This document shows positions 60,836 to 64,000 of a stretch of 64,000 nt of DNA, in pieces. Origin of the DNA: Promethearchaeota archaeon (GTDB taxonomy: Archaea > Asgardarchaeota > Lokiarchaeia > Sigyniarchaeales > SOKP01); contig RDOA01000009.1 in NCBI GenBank assembly GCA_011364925.1, positions 47,291-111,290 of the forward strand, given 5' to 3'. Numbering within the stretch: the first letter of the stretch is position 1; each line of letters begins with the position of its first letter. A program made the position numbers and the translations under genes. The notes under the pieces are model-generated. The model searched no databases, had not been told where the DNA came from, and saw nothing but the letters and a program-made list of their open reading frames with translations.

Positions 60836-62005
60836 TTACTTTAAATTTTCTGATAATGGATATTCTCCAAACTGATGTGCTGCTTCTATCATCCACTTTA
60901 ACCGTTCTACGGACATTTGTGGATGAAAATTAGCAGGTGATAACATAGCACCACCATTTGGACCTAATGCTTTAATTGCATGCTTTACAGCGGCTACAAC
61001 TTCCTCTTTAGTACCCTTGACGAGAACATGACGAGTATCAATATTTCCTGATAAGCAAATTTTATCTCCAACCTTTTGCTTTGCCATATTTAAATCTACT
61101 AAAGGAGGTTCCAAGCATTGTAATCCATCGAAACCGCATTCTACAATGAAGTCAAGTTGACTAGTAACGTCTCCATCTGTATGCAGAATATACTTACTTC
61201 CCCAACTATGAATGGCTTCTGCTACTTCTTGATAACATGGTTTAACGTACTGCTCGAAATATTTAGGATTGATCATAGGTCCTCCACTATGGGCAATATC
61301 TCCGCCCTCCAAGAAAATTTTAGCGCCAGAATCGTGATACGCTTTAAATGTTGTTAGCGTATAATCCGTCGTAAACCTGAAGCGTTCTTTGATCAATTCA
61401 GGATCATTTCTTAGCGCTCGCGCAAACGCTTGCATTCCCATGCCCTGCCAAACTGGAGGAAAAATGGATGTTAAAGCGTTTTGAGCGAATATACATATTT
61501 CATCCTTGATATCGCGGCATTTTCTCAATACTCCCTTGTAAAACTTTTTTGCTTTGTTATACTCATCTCTCAAATCAGGTTTAGGATACGCTTCCCAATC
61601 TTTCCTATCTTTAATATACCCCCCGTAATAATCGGGATAAGGATTTCCGTCAATATTTCGGATTTTATGTCTCTTTCCAAACACATCCGTCATTTCTTCC
61701 AAGCTTTCGAAAATGAAAGGGATATATTGTATTCCAACACCGTCAAATCCTAGAGCTTGCCCAGCTCTTACACATTTTGCAAATACTGAGATTTCGATAT
61801 CGTCGAGTATTTCATTTATTTTTTCAACATATTCATGGGGATATTTTTCTTCTAACTCGTCAAATACATCATAAGCAGTTCGTTTTGGAGGTCCTAAGAT
61901 TTGATCTGCGACATTTCCATCTATATTGATTGTGTGCGTTGGAATTCTATCTGGTTCTTCAAGATTAAGCGCTACCCAAATCCGTTCGAAACTTTTCATA
62001 ATCAT
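60836..62005 (-). CDS. Uroporphyrinogen decarboxylase-fold protein (MtaA/CmuA-like)
   Basis: EEPDRIP, GDIA, ILHTDG, GNID...L..GT.EEV, GGAMLSPAN. Confidence 0.85.
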   Translation of the reverse strand: MIMKSFERIWVALNLEEPDRIPTHTINIDGNVADQILGPPKRTAYDVFDELEEKYPHEYVEKINEILDDIEISVFAKCVRAGQALGFDGVGIQYIPFIFESLEEMTDVFGKRHKIRNIDGNPYPDYYGGYIKDRKDWEAYPKPDLRDEYNKAKKFYKGVLRKCRDIKDEICIFAQNALTSIFPPVWQGMGMQAFARALRNDPELIKERFRFTTDYTLTTFKAYHDSGAKIFLEGGDIAHSGGPMINPKYFEQYVKPCYQEVAEAIHSWGSKYILHTDGDVTSQLDFIVECGFDGLQCLEPPLVDLNMAKQKVGDKICLSGNIDTRHVLVKGTKEEVVAAVKHAIKALGPNGGAMLSPANFHPQMSVERLKWMIEAAHQFGEYPLSENLK

Positions 62006-62116
62006 TAATGTAAGGAGTGAATCAATAATAACATTTTTCTTTATGTTAGGAATAGGACTTTAATTGTCTCCCTTAAAGTAAAACTTTTTAATTTTTACCA
62101 GCTTTTCTTAGGTATC

Positions 62117-63058
62117 TTGAGTAATAATTTAAGAAAAGGTTTAATATCCGGAGTTATTGGAACAATACTTATTGGATTCCAACCAATTATTGCGATTTCG
62201 GCTAAAACAATCGACTCCCACGCTTTTGCAGCCATGACCTGCTTAATCGAAGCAATTCTCTTTCTTCCCATCATGGCTTTAGAGAGTCAAATAAACAAGA
62301 GGAAAGTGCGAGTAGGCACAGAATTAAAAACAAATAACTCGCTTTTAGCAAATTGGAAAAAATATTTTTGGTTATTAATATTCCTTGGAATTATATTTAG
62401 TGTAAATCAACTTCTTTTTTTTGTTGGATACCGATTAGCAGGGGCAATTAATGGATCATTAACTCAAAAAACTTCTGTGTTCTTTGGATTATTTTACGGC
62501 TTTCTATTATTAAAAGAAAAAATTTCAAAAATTCAAATTATTTTTTCAATCGTTCTGTTTTTCGGGTTAGTAATAGCAATAACTCAAGGTTCATTAGATT
62601 TTCTCAGGTTAAACATCGATATTTTAATAGGTGTAGTGCTTATATTATTAATTACAGCTTTATGGATGTTGGGTCATACTCTAACAAAACAATTTTTTAG
62701 TCGTAAGGATTTCACACCGACTCAAATGGTTTTTATTCGAAATATTTTGAGTGGGTTCATATTGATCTCAACTTTTTTCATTTTTTCTCCAAATAACTTA
62801 AGTGTCTTCTATGATCCATATAATTGGTTCTATTTTGTATTGATGGGAACTGTTTATGGATTTGGATTATTCTTCTGGTATAAAACATTATCGTATTTGG
62901 ATGTGTCGAACGCTACAATAGTTTTATCTCCCACTCCAATTGTTACCGCCATATTTGCCACATTATTATTAGGAGACTCTTTCACACCATTTCATCTAAT
63001 TGGTTCTATAATTGTTATCTGTTCTATTGTTATTATAGTCAAACTAAAAAAAGAATGA
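62117..63058 (+). CDS. DMT/EamA family transporter
   Basis: About 10 TM; shares IGxQP, LAG, PxQxVFIRNxLSG and WYKxL motifs with 59493-60461. Confidence 0.88.
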   Translation: MSNNLRKGLISGVIGTILIGFQPIIAISAKTIDSHAFAAMTCLIEAILFLPIMALESQINKRKVRVGTELKTNNSLLANWKKYFWLLIFLGIIFSVNQLLFFVGYRLAGAINGSLTQKTSVFFGLFYGFLLLKEKISKIQIIFSIVLFFGLVIAITQGSLDFLRLNIDILIGVVLILLITALWMLGHTLTKQFFSRKDFTPTQMVFIRNILSGFILISTFFIFSPNNLSVFYDPYNWFYFVLMGTVYGFGLFFWYKTLSYLDVSNATIVLSPTPIVTAIFATLLLGDSFTPFHLIGSIIVICSIVIIVKLKKE

Positions 63059-63277
63059 AGATTATATTTTGTCTAATTATACTATATATAAATATATATT
63101 AGTATATTTTTCAGAAAAATAGCTTTTAAGTCAATTTATAAAGGATATAATCGCATTAATAACATTTATATAGTGAGGGTGAATAGTAATTAATATACAA
63201 AAATATATAAACTATAGAAATTTTAAACTTGAAATTCAATACCTTATTTACTTTTAGATTTTAAAGGAAGTTATATT

Positions 63278-64000
63278 ATGATAGATGGTAGTATAATCAC
63301 AGTAAGAAATTTAAAGAAGTATTTTGGTGAAGTAAAAGCTGTAAATGGTATTTCTTTTGATGTTCGTAAAGGTGAAATTTTTGGTCTTTTAGGACCTAAT
63401 GGAGCGGGAAAAACTACAACGATAAAACTTCTTTTGGGATTACTTGAACCTTTAGAGGGAGAAATCAGTATATTGGGATTAAATCCTGAACGGGAAGAGG
63501 TCTTAATGAAAAAGAATGTAGGGTATGTTTCAGAAGAACCTCTTATCTTTAAGTCTTTAGCCCCGAAAGATTTGTTTAATTTTGTAGCTTCGATTCGTAA
63601 ATTAGATCCAAAGGAAGCTACAAAACGAGTGCAAGAGTATTTGGAGAGTTTTGGGGCAACAGAATATTATTCACAGCTAATAGCCTCTTTATCGCATGGG
63701 AACAAACAAAAAATGCAAATCATTTCCTCAATACTCCACGATCCCGAGCTCTTGATATTAGACGAACCAATCTCTGGACTTGATGCAAAATCGGTGCGAG
63801 TATTTAAAGAAATTTTAGATATGCATATTGAAAGAGGAGGAGCTGCACTTTTTTCAACTCATATAATGGAAGTCGCCGAAGAATTATGCGATCGGATTGC
63901 TATAATCAATAAAGGTAAAATTGTAGGTATTGGAACAATCGAAGAACTTAGAAAACAAGCAAATAAATTGGGAGCAAGTCTAGAAGATGTATTTCTTCGG
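63278..64000 (+). CDS. ABC transporter ATP-binding protein (3'-truncated by window edge); not in ORF track
   Basis: MIDGSIITVRNLKKYFG...GPNGAGKTT (Walker A), LSHGNKQK, LLILDEP, STH. Confidence 0.93.
   Translation, partial: MIDGSIITVRNLKKYFGEVKAVNGISFDVRKGEIFGLLGPNGAGKTTTIKLLLGLLEPLEGEISILGLNPEREEVLMKKNVGYVSEEPLIFKSLAPKDLFNFVASIRKLDPKEATKRVQEYLESFGATEYYSQLIASLSHGNKQKMQIISSILHDPELLILDEPISGLDAKSVRVFKEILDMHIERGGAALFSTHIMEVAEELCDRIAIINKGKIVGIGTIEELRKQANKLGASLEDVFLR

Noticed and set aside
1563-61753. The many 60-150 aa ORFs antisense to or nested within long genes in the ORF track
   Set aside because: They are shadow frames of well-supported genes, with no motifs and biased Ser/Phe/Ile composition.
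15082-63058. Genome-wide UGA reassignment
   Set aside because: TGA serves as the normal stop for full-length genes (e.g. 15082, 44470, 49788, 63058), so recoding is locus-specific.
1-64000. CRISPR array, tRNA/rRNA, IS elements or prophage
   Set aside because: No spaced direct repeats, GC-rich structural RNA tracts, transposase, integrase or capsid-like ORFs were seen by eye. A tRNAscan-SE/Infernal run would confirm.

Overview
AT-rich archaeal DNA, most consistent with a Lokiarchaeia (Asgard) genome. The basis is a gelsolin-domain protein, longin-like proteins, an expanded HEAT-LRR family and a eukaryote-type AUGA/GA SECIS hairpin. There are about 50 CDS; I saw no rRNA, tRNA, CRISPR array or transposase. 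Highlights: (1) A hidden selenoprotein operon hdrA-vhuD/mvhD (28326-30795, minus strand) has five in-frame UGA codons at conserved Cys positions and one visible SECIS whose AUGA core is also the vhuD stop codon. The ORF track fragments hdrA and misses vhuD. (2) A 1435-aa type-I surface protein is translationally coupled to a longin-like + winged-helix (NPRL2-like) cytoplasmic protein, with a 75%-identical paralogue on its other side. (3) An accessory operon encodes an uncharacterised B12-binding protein, an opine dehydrogenase and an MFS transporter, with an unannotated divergent HTH gene. (4) A FrhB-PyrK fusion closes a 2-oxoacid:ferredoxin oxidoreductase operon. (5) There is an intact acetone carboxylase acxABC and a form IV RuBisCO-like protein. 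(6) Several genes appear to need non-canonical start codons. All family assignments come from motif recognition, not database searches.
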